Source: Octopus sinensis
Taxonomy: Eukaryota
DNA length: 64,000 nucleotides
Direction: 5' to 3'
Assembly (NCBI RefSeq): GCF_006345805.1
Contig: NC_042999.1
Span: forward strand, 117,428,001-117,492,000
Numbering within the stretch: the first letter of the stretch is position 1; every line of letters begins with the position of its first letter. The notes under the pieces are model-generated. The model saw only the letters and a list, made by a program, of their open reading frames with translations, was not told where the DNA came from and did not search any database. Shown piece by piece: positions 13,487 to 27,487 of this stretch. The position numbers and the translations under genes were made by a program.

Positions 13487-14021
13487 GATAATATTATAAT
13501 ATCCTATGAATGGGGATTACAGTCACAAAAAAATATGGGATTTATGGAAATTCGCGTAGCAATGCATGAAAATATTTATAAAATTCCATCCTTGGGTTGT
13601 TATTTTTACTATATATATCCAATGTTATTTCGGTAAGATCGGTACTACCCCATAAATTTTCTCTTGGAATCTGGAGTTACTTGGCAGTAGCCGGCATAAT
13701 GATGTAGGAGGTGTCGTGCGCCCACTCAAAAAACTTATCCCGTAAACTAAATTAAAGGATACACACCCGCGCACACACGTACATATTTATACATATACAT
13801 GCATGTACATGTACATATCTATATTTATGATTGCATGTATGTTAGTACATATCTGTATCTGTTGCTCGAAACGTTAAACCAGCTTTCTTTCCATCCCTGA
13901 GTGTCTGCTAATACTTTACATGTACCACGTCCTCGCGTTGTTGTATTTTTTGTGTTTGTTCATCATCTTTTAGGGATTTACTACACACACACGCACACAC
14001 ACACGCACACACACACAAACA

Positions 14022-14087
<66 letters not shown>

Positions 14088-14417
14088 CATATCGTTGCAG
14101 GCGCGTAGCGAAGTGGGTAGAGCGTTTGGCTCACGATAATATTTTCGTGGGTTCAGTTTCTTAGTCAGATCTCGCGTTATGTACTTGCGTAAGGCGCTTT
14201 ATTCACACCGCTCCAGTCTATAAGCTGAAAAGGAGCAGGTGTGATCAGAGTTGACACGAACTAAGCACCTCAACCAGACCAATTTACTGAAATTACACAC
14301 TTAGCTTCTTAACATATCACGATCCTTAGGCCTATCCTAGTTTATGTAACATATGCAGAAGTATATCGATAGGTGCCATTTCAGGGTAGCTTTCTTATGT
14401 AATGTACTGGTTAGTAC

Positions 14418-14590
14418 TCAGGACTCAGAATCCAGCAATACGAGATCGAGCCTCAGCTGTGGTTTATACTTCTCCTTAACTTCAATTTTTCTGATTGACC
14501 TTTTTGTAAAAATCATTTCACTTGTTATTTCTTTCTTGGTTAATGTTGAGAGGAAGTTTGAATTGCGAAATGGCAATTTTATTTCTGCTC
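14418..14590 (-). pseudogene. Candidate exon remnant
   Basis: Acceptor tataactttag, phase 1, AEIKLPFRNSNFLSTLTKKEITSEMIFTKRS...; no clear donor. Confidence 0.25.
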
Positions 14591-15451
14591 CTAAAGTTAT
14601 AAATATCACAAACATCACAACTTTCCAGTTTACCACCTATAAAGAAGTAGTGCTTGTGTTCAATAAAAGAAAACAATCTAATTTTGTGAAATTTCAACTT
14701 TGGTATTTCACGAAAAATAATGGTAATTCAGAACTGTGCTGTACTTAGATAACTTGTGCGAACTTTTCTATAGATGAAATTAGAAAAATATATTTCCAAA
14801 ATGTCGGTTGTATGATGTAAGATTTATCACTGTCTTATCTAAAAATTGTTACAAGTGTTCATTTAAAAATTAGCTCTAGATGTTTATGAAATAATTTATA
14901 ATTTAAAGCGTATGAATAACTGAGTGAATAGAGAAGCAAGTACCTAAGCGTAAAATCGGTAGATTTTGTACTCGTTTTGGCTTTGCAATATGTCAATGGA
15001 CAAATTATTTACCTACTCAGACAGCATTTTACATCTAAGTGTAACGAAATAGCGCAAAGCAATAGTAGTTTGACACTTCGGGTAGATATAACACTGTTGA
15101 TCAGAGATAACTATACCTTAGTTAACATCTTCCTGTGGCAAACGCTACCTGCAAGATAGTAGCCTTTCCAGAGATAGATATGATTCTGCATCGCTAGAAA
15201 TAGCAATCGATTCTCCGTCAAATCACAACTTATCTTAAAAATAAAATGGAACCATTTGGTTTGATATAGTCCTAAATACACAAAGTTTAAAAATAAAACA
15301 GTTAAATCATTATTAGAATACCTTCGTCTACGGGCATAGTCGGTCATGATTGACATGGGTCTTAACAACGATGATACGATAAATTTTTGCTGACTCTATT
15401 CTGTTCCCGAAGATGTATATTTAGATCTATACATAGTGGATACATATGTAC

Positions 15452-15508
<57 letters not shown>

Positions 15509-15549
15509 ACACACACACGTAAATTCATATACATATATATATATATATA

Positions 15550-15601
<52 letters not shown>

Positions 15602-15753
15602 ATATATATATATGTAGATATACTGTATATATATGTATATATATACACACACATATATATATATATATGTATATATATGTATATATACATATATATATAA
15701 TATATACATATATGTATATATATATATGTATACATATATATGTATATATATAT

Positions 15754-15806
<53 letters not shown>

Positions 15807-15965
15807 GTATACACAAATATAAGAGAGTGACCACTATATGGTCGACTCTTGCGCTAAAATTAGATCCGCTATGGTATTAGCCACTAAAAATTGTTTCCAA
15901 GGAGAATCAGCACAACATTTTACGTAAACAAGCAGGGCAAATGAAAAATAACAAAACTATAGATT

Positions 15966-16042
15966 AACTCTGGACAATTGTTTCGCTATTAATGTATTAT
16001 GCAATTTTACTTACACAACATCCATAGGTCATCAGCAGAATT
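15966..16042 (-). ncRNA. Minimal type I hammerhead ribozyme (10.1 mismatch) in a ~460 bp element between (TA)n tracts
   Basis: Minus strand: AATTCTG-CTGATGA-cctat...atagc-GAAA-CAATTG-TC-CAGAGTT. Confidence 0.75.
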
Positions 16043-17245
16043 TGTCTTGGATACAATTTATTAAACCGCACACTGAATTTTAACATAACGTCAAAACACC
16101 CGTGTGGTTTAATCGATTATACTCGCAGTTATGATTCAAATTCCCTCGCTAAAAGCGCGCTAAGACTTCCAGGAACAAATACTTATTGTATCCCTGGTTT
16201 TTATGCGCTAAGCCACTTGTTGTTAAATTGATGGTATTATTAAATTATTATCCAATTTTTCACCCTTATTTTTTATATATATATATGTATATATATATAT
16301 TTATGTATATGTATATATATATGTATACATATATATGTATATATGTATGTATATATATATATATATATATATATCAAAGCTTTCCTCCACGCCACCCATA
16401 TTCTTGGCTTGTATTTTCAGGTCAGCCACAAAAGAACAATGCGTTAGTTTGGTGCTACTGCTTTTCTGAGGGCCAATCTTATATCCGTCAGATTTCCTAA
16501 TCAGAAAAGACAGGGGTTTACTAAAAGTTTAAATAATATCTCAAAGAGACTGTCACACCGAATAATACCGAGGTGATACTGTATCCTATCAATGACAATA
16601 GAATCACTTCATGTATTTAACTTTACAAAGGTGGCCCAGGACGAAGTGAGGTAGTCTATGATCCTAATAAAGTTCCTGATTTAACCAGTCGGAAGGACTC
16701 CAGCATCTACTATCGGAGAACAAGTCAGTTGATCGTACGTATGTACGTATGCATGTATGTATGTATGTATGTTTGTATGTATTTATGTATGAATGTGTGT
16801 GCATGTATGTATGTATGTATGTATGTGAATGTGAGTATATACATATTGCAACATTTAAAGAGTCACCGACCAATTTGAAACAAATGTCTTATAATATTTA
16901 CATTAAAATCTAAACAGTTATTTCATAAATAAAAACAAAATACGCTTCGTGGAGATTTGACATCGGATTTCTCGTTTCAGAGTTGACATATTCTCTGATC
17001 TGTAGTATTATTGTTTAGCTTCAGTCAGCCCTGACTAAGCAGACCTAATGTTAAGCGTATTTCAGTTGCGAATATTTGTTTTTTTTTTAAAGTATTCAGG
17101 ACTCCATTTTGTAATGTTCTATTTTCTTATTTAAAATAATAGGGAGTGATTTGATGGAAATTTGCCTGCTATTTCTCGCAGGTTGAGCAAAGTTGATTCT
17201 CGATCTATAAGGGTCGTAGTGACGGATGATATTTTTTATCATTAC

Positions 17246-17468
17246 CATCCAGCCTGTTCCTGTAGAACAGGAAAACTATACAGTGGGAACACAGTCGCTT
17301 CACGATAGTCATTTCCTGTGATTCTCTCTCATCGTCTTTACTATGTAACGTTTTTAATAAAACATGCATTGCAACCATCCAACAAAAGGTTAATCTATCA
17401 AACTGAAGTTTTTTCTTTATTATCTGTCACCACTGGAGATGACCATCAAAGGCATTTCACGAATTACA
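17246..17468 (-). pseudogene. Candidate disrupted exon
   Basis: Acceptor aaacttttcag and donor gtaatg; open frame ...LQFDRLTFCWMVAMHV...FYRNRLDG ending in phase 1; stops in the 5' part. Confidence 0.3.
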
Positions 17469-18285
17469 CTGAAAAGTTTAAATAATATGGATTTTCATAT
17501 ACAAATTTGAACAGAATAACTATTTTAGCAGAAAGCTAATTTGTCTTTAAACGACATTAAATATTTTCGAAAATGGCTAAAAGTGTGTACTGGAAAAATA
17601 TGTGAATTCTAAAGTTGCAGGTAGGTTAGCTTTGAGAAAGTGTTGTAGTAAGAAACGAATATTTCAAGTTATTTTGGGATAATTAATAACATTTCATTAT
17701 GTGATTCTCGCCTTCGGTACGCCTGAGCTACACACACACAAATTTGATGACAAACCCGCCCCCACACAAAATATTTCTCTCACTTTTACCTTTCTTTGCT
17801 TCACAGAGACTCGTACTCATTCACCTAAACAGTTACACGCATTAACATAAACATACAGACTCGCGCACACTCACACACAGACACATATACTTACAAACGC
17901 AGATATTCCACACATTCAACATTCGAGCAATTTAATATTGAAATGAAAAGAAATTTTATTGCAAATCCTTTTTCTCTTCCGTTTACTTTTTTGTTTGTAA
18001 TTTCATACTGACAAAGAAATAAAGAAAGAAAGAAAAATGTCTCGTGCTCATACATTAAAATTGATGTAGGTTGGTAGCTATTTCAAGATTTTAAAAACCT
18101 AAAATAAAGATCTGAATCGGGAAAATGTAATTACGAAAATTAAATTTTTCAGATTTCTGGCCCTTATTTCGGTTTCCGACAATACCTCTGTATTATTGAT
18201 TTTATAATTTGAATTATAAAACGTGATAAAACCAGATAATATATATTTTCTGAAAAGGTCTTAGTGGATTTAACTCCCGATACCC

Positions 18286-18356
<71 letters not shown>

Positions 18357-18365
18357 GAACCAGAT

Positions 18366-18925
18366 TTATCAACTAGCAGTGTTTTAGTAATCAATTTGAA
18401 AAAAATCCATTGCACGAGAATAAGTGAGGCAAGGACCGCTTTTCACCTGTTAAAAAAAGTATGGAGCGCAAGTGTAATTTCAATAAATAACAAAATAAGA
18501 ATTTTTAACACTAACGTAAAAGCAGTGTTATTGTATAGGGCTGAGACATGGCGAACAACAGTTAAGTTAAATAAGCAAATGCAATCATTCATCAACAGAT
18601 GCTTGCGTAGCATACTTAAAATTAGATGGCCGAACACATAAGCAATATGGAGCTATGGCAAAGAACAAATCAAGTTTCGATTAGGGAGCAAATAATTAGA
18701 AAAGTTGGAAGTGGATTGGTAGCACAATTAGAAAAGAAGCACCAAATGTAGCGAAAAGTGCTTTAAAGTGGAAACCGGATGGCTATAGAAAGAGAGTTAG
18801 GTCAGCACAAAAGTAACTAGAGAAATGGCAAAGTATAAGTACAGAAGTGAAAAATTATGCGACATGGAATTCAATTATAAGTGGCCTATACGCCGCGTTG
18901 GGGGGTTAAAGACAGAAACAAAAAA
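18366..18925 (+). mobile_element. 5'-truncated RTE-clade LINE 3' end with 11 bp TSD
   Basis: RISEARTAFHLLKKVW...KIRIFNTNVKAVLLYRAETW...RCLRSILKIRWP. TSD ATGAACCAGAT at 18355-18365 and 18926-18936; A-rich tail. Confidence 0.85.
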
Positions 18926-19364
18926 ATGAACCAGATACAACAAAGTTATTTATATGTCAATTCTATAAATCAATAATTAACATTTTGGACTTTAAAATTA
19001 AGTTAACTAAGTTCGAATCTTGATAAACATTGCTGTTATTTATTTATATATTCACTTGACATTTTATTCATTCACGGTAGCGAGTATTTCGCTTAGCGTA
19101 CAACGTGTATTGAATCTGAAAAGACATCAAACGTCAGACAATAACAAATCTGATTTTTTCCTCATTTTGACCTGTTGTTGTTAAGAACACATTCATTGAT
19201 TTGCAAAACAAATTTTTTTTTTTAATTTTCAAATTTTAAAAGAGAATATGTCAAGTCTGAGTAAAAAACTGACAAGTAAAAATAAAAACAAAGGAAAAAT
19301 AGATTTAAATTTTGCCATCATGCGTAGAGGTTAAGCGGCTATATACTCCACCCACAGACGTATG

Positions 19365-19538
19365 TATGTACGTATATATATGCATGTATGTATGTATCTA
19401 TATGCATGTATGTATATATATATATAATATATTATATATATATTATATATAATATATATATATGTATATATTATATATATATAGATATATATATATATTA
19501 TATTATTGTTATATATCTATATATGTATATATAATATC

Positions 19539-19569
<31 letters not shown>

Positions 19570-19675
19570 TATATATATATATATATATATAATATGTATA
19601 TATATTATATACTATATATATATATAGATGTATATATATATATATATATATATATGTTATATTATATATATATAT

Positions 19676-19743
<68 letters not shown>

Positions 19744-19826
19744 GTGTATATAATATATATATATATATACTATATATATATATATATTATATTATATATG
19801 TATATATAATATATATAATATATATG

Positions 19827-19858
<32 letters not shown>

Positions 19859-19895
19859 TATATAGGTATATATATATATATATATATTATATATA
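19365..19895. repeat. Degenerate (TA)n low-complexity tract
   Basis: Direct reading; similar tracts at ~15450-15810 and ~32650-33180 (the latter includes a TATATAA 7-mer array). Confidence 0.9.
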
Positions 19896-19980
19896 AGGAT
19901 AAGATCGATATTAAATACCGATATTATCAGTTGGCCAGCATAGGAATAAAAAAACTTTCAAAAGTAATAATATTTAAAAT

Positions 19981-20158
19981 TATAATTAGGGTATCTAAGA
20001 GATACCACCACGCTGAAAATAGCAGTCGAAACCTGACTCTAAAACCACATTAAATGTTCCTATATCACTAGGCTATATGAACATTTAATGTGGTTTTAGA
20101 GTCAAGTTTCGACTGCTATTTTCAGCGTGGTTGTATCTCTTAGACACCCTAAATTATA
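19981..20158. repeat. Inverted repeat, ~83 bp arms
   Basis: 19981-20064 vs 20074-20158, abutting (TA)n. Confidence 0.9.
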
Positions 20159-20759
20159 TTTATATATATATATATATATATATATAAAACTTACTTCGAA
20201 ATGGATGCGTTGTGTTCAATTAAATGATAAATTATAAATAATATATACAATATATATATATATATATATTTTTATAAAATTTAAGATTTATGGAGGGTCA
20301 AAGTTGGGAACACAAAATGACAGTGGAGACATACAAGGAAACCGAGCGAAAACAAACATGGAGGGTGGTTATACCAGAACGATAGGAAAATAGTGAACGC
20401 TGGGAGAAAAAGTTTTTGAAGAGAAAAAAGAGAACCGATAGAAGAGAGAAAGAAAAACACGCCCGTTCTCTTAAATGTCCGTGCAGGAAAAGAAAGATGG
20501 TCACAGTAGGAAAAGAATGATGGACGGTGGTCACGTGTGGGCAACGAGAGAGAGAGAGGGAGAGAGAAAGTGAAAGAGGAGGAGTGAGAGAGAGAAAGAG
20601 GAGGAGCGAGAGACACACACACATAGAAAACGGTAAAGAAGGAGGGGAGAAAAAGGGAATCCGAGAAGGAAGGAAGAAGAAAACAGTATAGAGTAGAGTC
20701 GCATCAAAAAGGTGAAGATAAACGTACTTGGAAATGGATGCATCGCGTTCGATAAAATA

Positions 20760-20809
<50 letters not shown>

Positions 20810-21020
20810 AACGGCATATATGTATAACGGCATATATGGGTACAGGACATCACCAACGGTGCATGAGAGAAAAACGAGTGAAGTACGTAAACAACAAGGA
20901 AAAAATGGAAAGAAGGACCAGTAAACATAGAGAAATGGTCCTTCATCAGTTTTTGGCTGTCTATCTACTCCTCATTTCGAGCATTTCAATGACAATATAG
21001 GTCTTGAAAGACAGTTGCTC

Positions 21021-21099
<79 letters not shown>

Positions 21100-21198
21100 G
21101 ATATATATATGTGTATATATGTATATATAATATGTATATATATATATATAATATAATACTGAAATGATCAAAATAAAAAACATGATGCCAAGGATTCA

Positions 21199-21276
21199 GC
21201 GGTACATATGTTTCGGGCCTTTATTAGACAGATTTATAACAATGCATAATGTATGTCTGTGGCCTTCTTCAGCCGC
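21199..21276 (-). ncRNA. Minimal type I hammerhead ribozyme, core intact
   Basis: Minus strand: GCGG-CTGAAGA-A-GGCC...GGCC-C-GAAA-CATATG-TA-CCGC. GUA triplet; A.C at 10.1-11.1. Confidence 0.8.
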
Positions 21277-21651
21277 GCACAACAACTTCCACAAGGACAT
21301 GTGTTACATCAAAAATTCTTGGTTGGGGATGCAAATCCTCTCATTCGCGTACGACATATGCGGCAGCAGCATAGAATTGAAGCGTCCATCTCGTTCTTCT
21401 CTCAATGTAGAATGAGGGAATTAGATGTTGAAGTATGTAAATAAATAACAAATAAATACATATATAGACGTGAAGGGACCTGGTGATAAGAGTAAATAGG
21501 GGTAAAGATGGAGGGGCGAGAATTCAGGACGAAGGATAAAATATATATAAAAAGTGTAAGTATAGAAAAATGTAAAAGTGTAGAGTATAAAGATAAAGAG
21601 ATATAAGGAGATATAAGGGGGTATAAAGAATATAAAAAATATAAATGAATA

Positions 21652-22295
21652 AAGGTATCAAGTTATAAAGTAAAAATAGAAATAGAAATAAAAATAAAAA
21701 TAAAAACAAAAAAATAAAAATAGGAATAAAAATACGAATAAAAAAAAAAAATATATATATATAAGGATAAGGGATGTATAGTGGTTACGGACCGAACATG
21801 GTGGTCAGGAAAATGACAAAATCCAGTTGGGGACTTAGTGTGTTGTAAATCAGATCTGTTGAGCGGTTAATCTAGTTCCTTGAGTTAATTGGTCATCTTG
21901 TACATACATACCAGCATGGATACATACACCCATATACACGCGCACATATACGCACGCATACACAGCTCCAAGCATATAAGCATACATACGTACTCACGTG
22001 TAAACATATACAGAAACTCATATACACCCACACACATGCGCATGTATACATACATACAACAGAATATGCGTATATATACCCGGACATTATCCGTGTACAT
22101 ATACATATATACATGTGTGTGTGTATATATGACCACCATGTTCGGTCCGTAACCACTATACATCCCTTATCCTTATATATTTTTATTATTTTTTTTTATT
22201 ATTTTTATTCGTATTTTTATTCCTATTTTTATTTTTTTGCTTTTATTTTTATTTTTATTTCTATTTCTATTTTTACTTTATAACTTGATAACCTT
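21652..22295. repeat. Inverted repeat, ~155-165 bp arms, ~320 bp spacer
   Basis: 21652-21807 vs 22130-22295 (GGATGTATAGTGGTTACGGACCGAACATGGTGGTCA and its reverse complement). Confidence 0.9.
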
Positions 22296-23245
22296 ATATC
22301 TATTGTTTGAATTTCTTTGAAATAGGAAATATATGTTCACTGGGTTTGTAAAGAAGAGCAAAGCTACAGGAAACCAAAAGACGAATGATCACAATAAGCA
22401 GTCAGTTACCCTACCCTAGTCGTTACCACTCCCAATGTAGGATTCCTCACCATCCAGGTGACAGGCACAGCCGTAAGATGCATTGCGAATCTATAGCAAT
22501 TGGAAGGGCGTGACCCAACTGAAATCAACATTAACAACTGTATGACGTGAGGGCTAAGGAGAAATTAAAGTGTCACCTCTGGAGTTTGCAAATGACCACT
22601 AAACTGATACGTAACTAGACAGAATAAATTTAAAATCTATAAATGTCTTTGAATAACCAGTCACTCATCTGGGAAGGCCTTGAAATCAATGTTACCAACT
22701 GGGGACTATGTGTGACCGAGTGATAATAAAAAGACTGAAAGGAGGTCTGCAATCAAATAACTTTACTCAGCACTTTGCAACTGAATTAGTGGAGGCAAAG
22801 ATGCTTCTCATTTACTTGACAATTTATGCACCACATTCCAGAAATCACAATGTAAGTGTATGTCAAAGCAAACTGTTACACTGTTGTACCATTGAACTAG
22901 AAATAATGCCCAACTTTTATGCTCGGGTAACCCTACAGCTTCCAAGAGCACAACTGTATTCGTTTTTGCTTAGATAAAATGACAAAATTGTAGGTGTTAA
23001 GTCCCCATGGAGGGGTCTTTCTAACTTTGTAATAAGATTAGATTTTATAAATATTACTTCATTTGTGTCTAATATCTATGGTTAAAATTTCATCAACAGC
23101 AAAAATATATGAATTGTCATGGGGGTTATGACCCTTATGCATAGAATATAATTTCCAAATTTCATAAAGATCTATTCAGTACTTTTGACCTAGTTTTGGA
23201 ACAGAAAAAGAAATATATATATTAGAAATATATTAGAACTAGCAG

Positions 23246-23291
23246 CCTGGAGACATGCATGTTTCTGGGTCTTGCCCGTCGTCAGTCCAGG
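23246..23291 (-). ncRNA. Type I hammerhead ribozyme (inverted copy)
   Basis: CCTGGA-CTGACGA-cgggcaagaccca-GAAA-CATGCATG-TC-TCCAGG on the minus strand. Confidence 0.85.
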
Positions 23292-23468
23292 GTAGCGTGT
23301 CCACCCCAGCGGTGATACTTACCAAGCCCTTGCAAATATATCTATTTACAGTGAAATTTATTCACTGGTCACCGTAATTAGAAATATTGAATTTCTAAAT
23401 CTCTACGGGACTGTCACGTTATGTTGACTTTATACAACCACTCTATCGCTCCACCACCGCTCATGTCT

Positions 23469-23512
23469 CTGGACTGACGACGGGCAAGACCTAGAAACAT
23501 GCATGTCTCCAG
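23469..23512 (+). ncRNA. Type I hammerhead ribozyme
   Basis: CTGGA-CTGACGA-cgggcaagaccta-GAAA-CATGCATG-TC-TCCAG; predicted cut after 23507. Confidence 0.85.
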
Positions 23513-23822
23513 GCTGCTAGTTCTAGCTGGTGGGGATGCTTGCCTCCCCTTTGCAAATATAAGGACACAAGAAATGTGTCAAAGCCGACAGGAAGCGTCG
23601 ATGCTTCCTAGGGCTGTATAGCTTTGGTGTAATTCCCTCTACGGGACTGTCACCTTATGTTGACTTTATACAACCACTCTATCGCTCCACCACCGCTCAT
23701 GTCTCGTTCAGACATTTAGAAATTCAATATTTCTAATTACGGTGACCACTGAATAAATTTCACTGTAAATAGATATATTTGCAAGGGCTTGGTAAATATC
23801 ACCGCTGGCGGGCACACGCTAC

Positions 23823-23868
23823 CCTGGACTGAGGACGGGCAAGACCCAGAAACATGCATGTCTCCAGG
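23823..23868 (+). ncRNA. Type I hammerhead ribozyme
   Basis: CCTGGA-CTGAGGA-cgggcaagaccca-GAAA-CATGCATG-TC-TCCAGG; predicted cut after 23862. Confidence 0.85.
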
Positions 23869-24025
23869 CTGCTAGTTCTAACTGGTGGGTGCTTGCCTCC
23901 CATTTGCAAATATAAGGACACAGGAAATGTGTCAAAGCTGACAGAAGGCGTCGATGTTGCATAGGGCTATATAGCGGTGGTGTAATTCCCTCTAAGGGAC
24001 TGTCACGTTATGTTAACTTTATACA

Positions 24026-24129
<104 letters not shown>

Positions 24130-24175
24130 GAAAGAATGGAGTTGAACGACGAATTAACAAAATTCCTTTATTTTA

Positions 24176-24258
24176 TTTTCGTCATATGTTTCGAAGGCTG
24201 CATATTCCTAATTTCGAAGGAATAAGGGGTGCATTATGCCGCCTTCTCATCAGGAAAA
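24176..24258 (-). ncRNA. Type I hammerhead ribozyme, probably inactivated (U16.1 to A)
   Basis: TTTTC-CTGATGA-GAAGGC...GCCTTC-GAAA-CATATG-AC-GAAAA; stems I and II are perfect. Confidence 0.75.
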
Positions 24259-24454
24259 GTAAGGAACTTATGTCAGCATCAAGATGCACAAAAACTTTTC
24301 GGTTAACCGAATTATCCATAATAAGATAATTCATTCAATTACTCAATTATATATATATATATATACACACACACATACAAAGATAAATTGATAGATACAA
24401 CTGAGTGGGCAAACAAAAAAATGAGTCACAGCCTAGCGCTTTTTTATGTTGATA

Positions 24455-24640
24455 AGCCTAGTACTTATTCTATAAGTTTGTTCTTGTTAAACTAGTAAGT
24501 TATGTGGATATAAATAAATGAACAGCAGTTGTGAAGCAGTGATTAGGGCGAAACACAGATACAAAGACACACACATAACTTACATAAATACAAACATATA
24601 TATACGATTCATTTATTTCAATTCTTGTCTACGAAATCCA
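24455..24640 (-). mobile_element. SINE family B fragment (diverged)
   Basis: GCCTAGTACTTATTCTAT and TATACGA...TTTCA.TT...GTCTAC.AAATCCA match the reverse complement of copies at 35143 and 46713. Confidence 0.65.
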
Positions 24641-24646
24641 TATATA

Positions 24647-27358
24647 TTGTTGTTGGCATCCTTTTTGTCTCAGGAGACAATGGAGTTGCGCATAAAATAA
24701 TCTAGTCCGGCTTTTACATTTCATGTCCTAATACATCTCCTGATGTGGATATGTAGTCCTATCCTGGACAAACACTCCCTCCTGCAGGTGCCGCAAATGT
24801 AGCGAAGACTTTGTCATAGTTTCTTGTTGACGTATTTTCTTGTCTTTCCATTTCTCCTCTCTCTCTATGTCACTCCTTTGTGTTCCCTATTTTACGATAC
24901 GTCGCCAATCTCCACGGTTGCTGGCAACTGCTTCCCAGTTGGTAATATTGATGTTGCAGGCATTCATGTCCCTTTTGTAAACATTCTTGTATCGTAAGAA
25001 CGGCCTTCCCACAGCCCTAGTGCCCCTAGCAAGCTCTCCGTTGAGTATGTCCTTGGGGATCCTGCCATCTTCCTTACGGCTAACATGTCCAAGCCATCTC
25101 ATACGTCTTTGTGTGAGGAGTGCAAACATGCTTGGTATTCCTGCTTGCTTGAGGACATCTTTGTTGAGGACATGATTCTGCCATTTGATGCGAAGGATTT
25201 TCCAGAGGCAGCGCAGGTGAAAGATATTTAGGCGACGTATGGCGTCGTATGGCGTGTGTACGGCGTCCAAGTCTCACTTCCATACAGTAGAGTGCTAAGT
25301 ACACACGCCTGGAACATCTTCATTTTTGTGGTCTTGGTCAGCTTATTGTTGTCCCATGTCCGTTTGGAGAGTTGGGCCATCACAGTAGCTGCCTTGCCAA
25401 TGCGTATATTGAGCTGAGCATCAAGGGATAGGTTGTAGGTGACGGTAGAACCAAGATAAGTAAACTTCTCCACCTCCTGTAGTCTGTGGTTTCCAATATG
25501 TATGTTTGGGATGTCCGATGTAGCCTGACCCATGATGTTGGTATTCTTGAGGCTGATAATTAAGCCAAAGTTGCCACATGTTTGCTCAAAACAGTTGATA
25601 AGCCTTTGTAGGGCTTCTTCTGTGTGTGATACCAGAGCGGCATCATCAGCAAATAGCATCTCCTTAATCAGGACGCTTCTGATTTTGGTCTTGGCATGCA
25701 GACGCGAGAGATTGAACAGTTTCCCATCACTTCTACTGTGCAGAAACACTCCATCATCTGATGTCTCAAAGGCACGTGACAGCAGCAGCGAGAGGAATAT
25801 TCCAAATAATGTAGGAGCAAGGACACATTCTTGCTTTACCCCGTTTTTTTTATTTGGAAGACGGCTGATGTTGAACCATTGTGCTGTATGGTGCCTTGCA
25901 TATCATCATGGAAAGATTTGATGATCCTCAGTAGCTTTGCTGGACATCCGATTTTTTGGAGCAGAATGAAGAGGCCTTTTCTACTTACCAAGTCAAAGGC
26001 CTTTGTCAGATCAATGAAAGCTATATATAATGGCATTTTCTGCTCTCTGGACTTCTCCTAAAGTTGGCGCATGGAGAATATCATGTCAGTAGTTGATCTG
26101 CTTCTTCTAAAGCCAGGCTGCGATTCTGGATAAATTGAAGAAGCAAGCAGTTGTAGCCTGGACAGGATAATGCGAGCAAATGCCTTTCCAACAGTGTTTA
26201 GAAGAGATATTCCACGGTAATTGTTACAATCACCACGGTCACCTTTGTTTTTTTTTAAAGCGTAATGATGTTAGCATCCCGCATATCCTGAGGGACTGTA
26301 CCCTCTTCCCAGCACTGACACAGAAGCTCATGAAGGTGCCGAAGCAGGATGGTGTTTTTGCCGGTTTTGATGATCCCTAAGGGGATGCCATCTTTTCCCG
26401 GAGCCTTGTTACTTGCTAGGGAGTCAATAGCCTCGGTGAGCTCTGCTATAGATGGCAGACTGTCAAGTTCGCACATGACTGACAAGATCTTGAGACCCTC
26501 GATTGCAGCCTCAGCTACCGTGGTCTCCCGTGAGTAGAGATCCTGATAGTACTCCATCCATCTATCCATTTGATTGCTTTGGTCCTTGATGATATCTGTA
26601 GTAGTTGATTTCAGAGGGGCTGACTTGGTTTCGGATGGACCAAGGGCCTTCTTTAAACCGGTATACATCCCACGGGTATCGCCACTGTCAGCAGCTGACT
26701 GGATACTCAGACAGATTTCCTGCCAATACCTATTTGCACAGCGTCTGGCAGTCAGTTGGGTTTTATTTCTTGCCTTTCTGAGTTCTTCGAGTGACTTTGT
26801 ATAAGAATCACTCTTGTATTGCATCAGTGCTGCACGCTTTGCTTTGATAACTGTTTCCAGCTCTGACAGCCCAGCATTGAACCAATCTGGGTTTTGCTTT
26901 TCTCTCATGCCGAAAGTATCTATTGATGTGGTATACAAAGCTTCCCTGATATAATTCCACCTACTTTCAGTAGAGAAGGTTGGCAGCTACTGAGAGCAAC
27001 CTTGATAGAAACAGCAAAACATTGTCGCAGTGTAGGGTCCGATGTTCTGGCAGTGTTAATGCGTGGTCGGCCCATTTTCTTGGAGTGATGGACTTTTTTA
27101 GGCAGAATCCTCACCATGTTCTTTATTAGTGAATGATCTGTGTCACAATCCGCGCTGTGGTAACTACGGGTCAGTTGAACAGAATTCAGAAAGGATCTTC
27201 GTGTAATGATGAGATCCAGCTGATGCCAGTGGTGAGATCTTGGATGTCTTCAAGATGCCTTGTGGGATGTCTTGTTGGCAAATAATGTGTTAGTGATGCA
27301 CAGGTTATGGTATGTGCAAAATTCAAGTAGTCTCTAGCCATTGTCATTTATGTTGGCA
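24647..27358 (-). mobile_element. 5'-truncated, frameshifted RTE-clade LINE (APE C-terminal part + RT)
   Basis: HPRSHHWHQLDLII, KAPGKDGIP, AFIDLTKAFDLV, LFADDAAL, FTYLGS, LLYGSETW, WLGHVSR; 3' end ...GGATGCCAACAACAA. Confidence 0.92.
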
Positions 27359-27434
27359 ATACCAAAACACATACACTTACATATATACATACATATATAT
27401 ACGATTGATTTGTTTCAGTTCCTGTCCTCGAAAT

Positions 27435-27483
<49 letters not shown>

Positions 27484-27487
27484 ATAT

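Noticed and set aside
20905-20990. CTGATGA followed by hairpin AGGACCA/TGGTCCT on the minus strand
   Set aside because: No GAAA after the hairpin and no stems I or III; not a supportable hammerhead.
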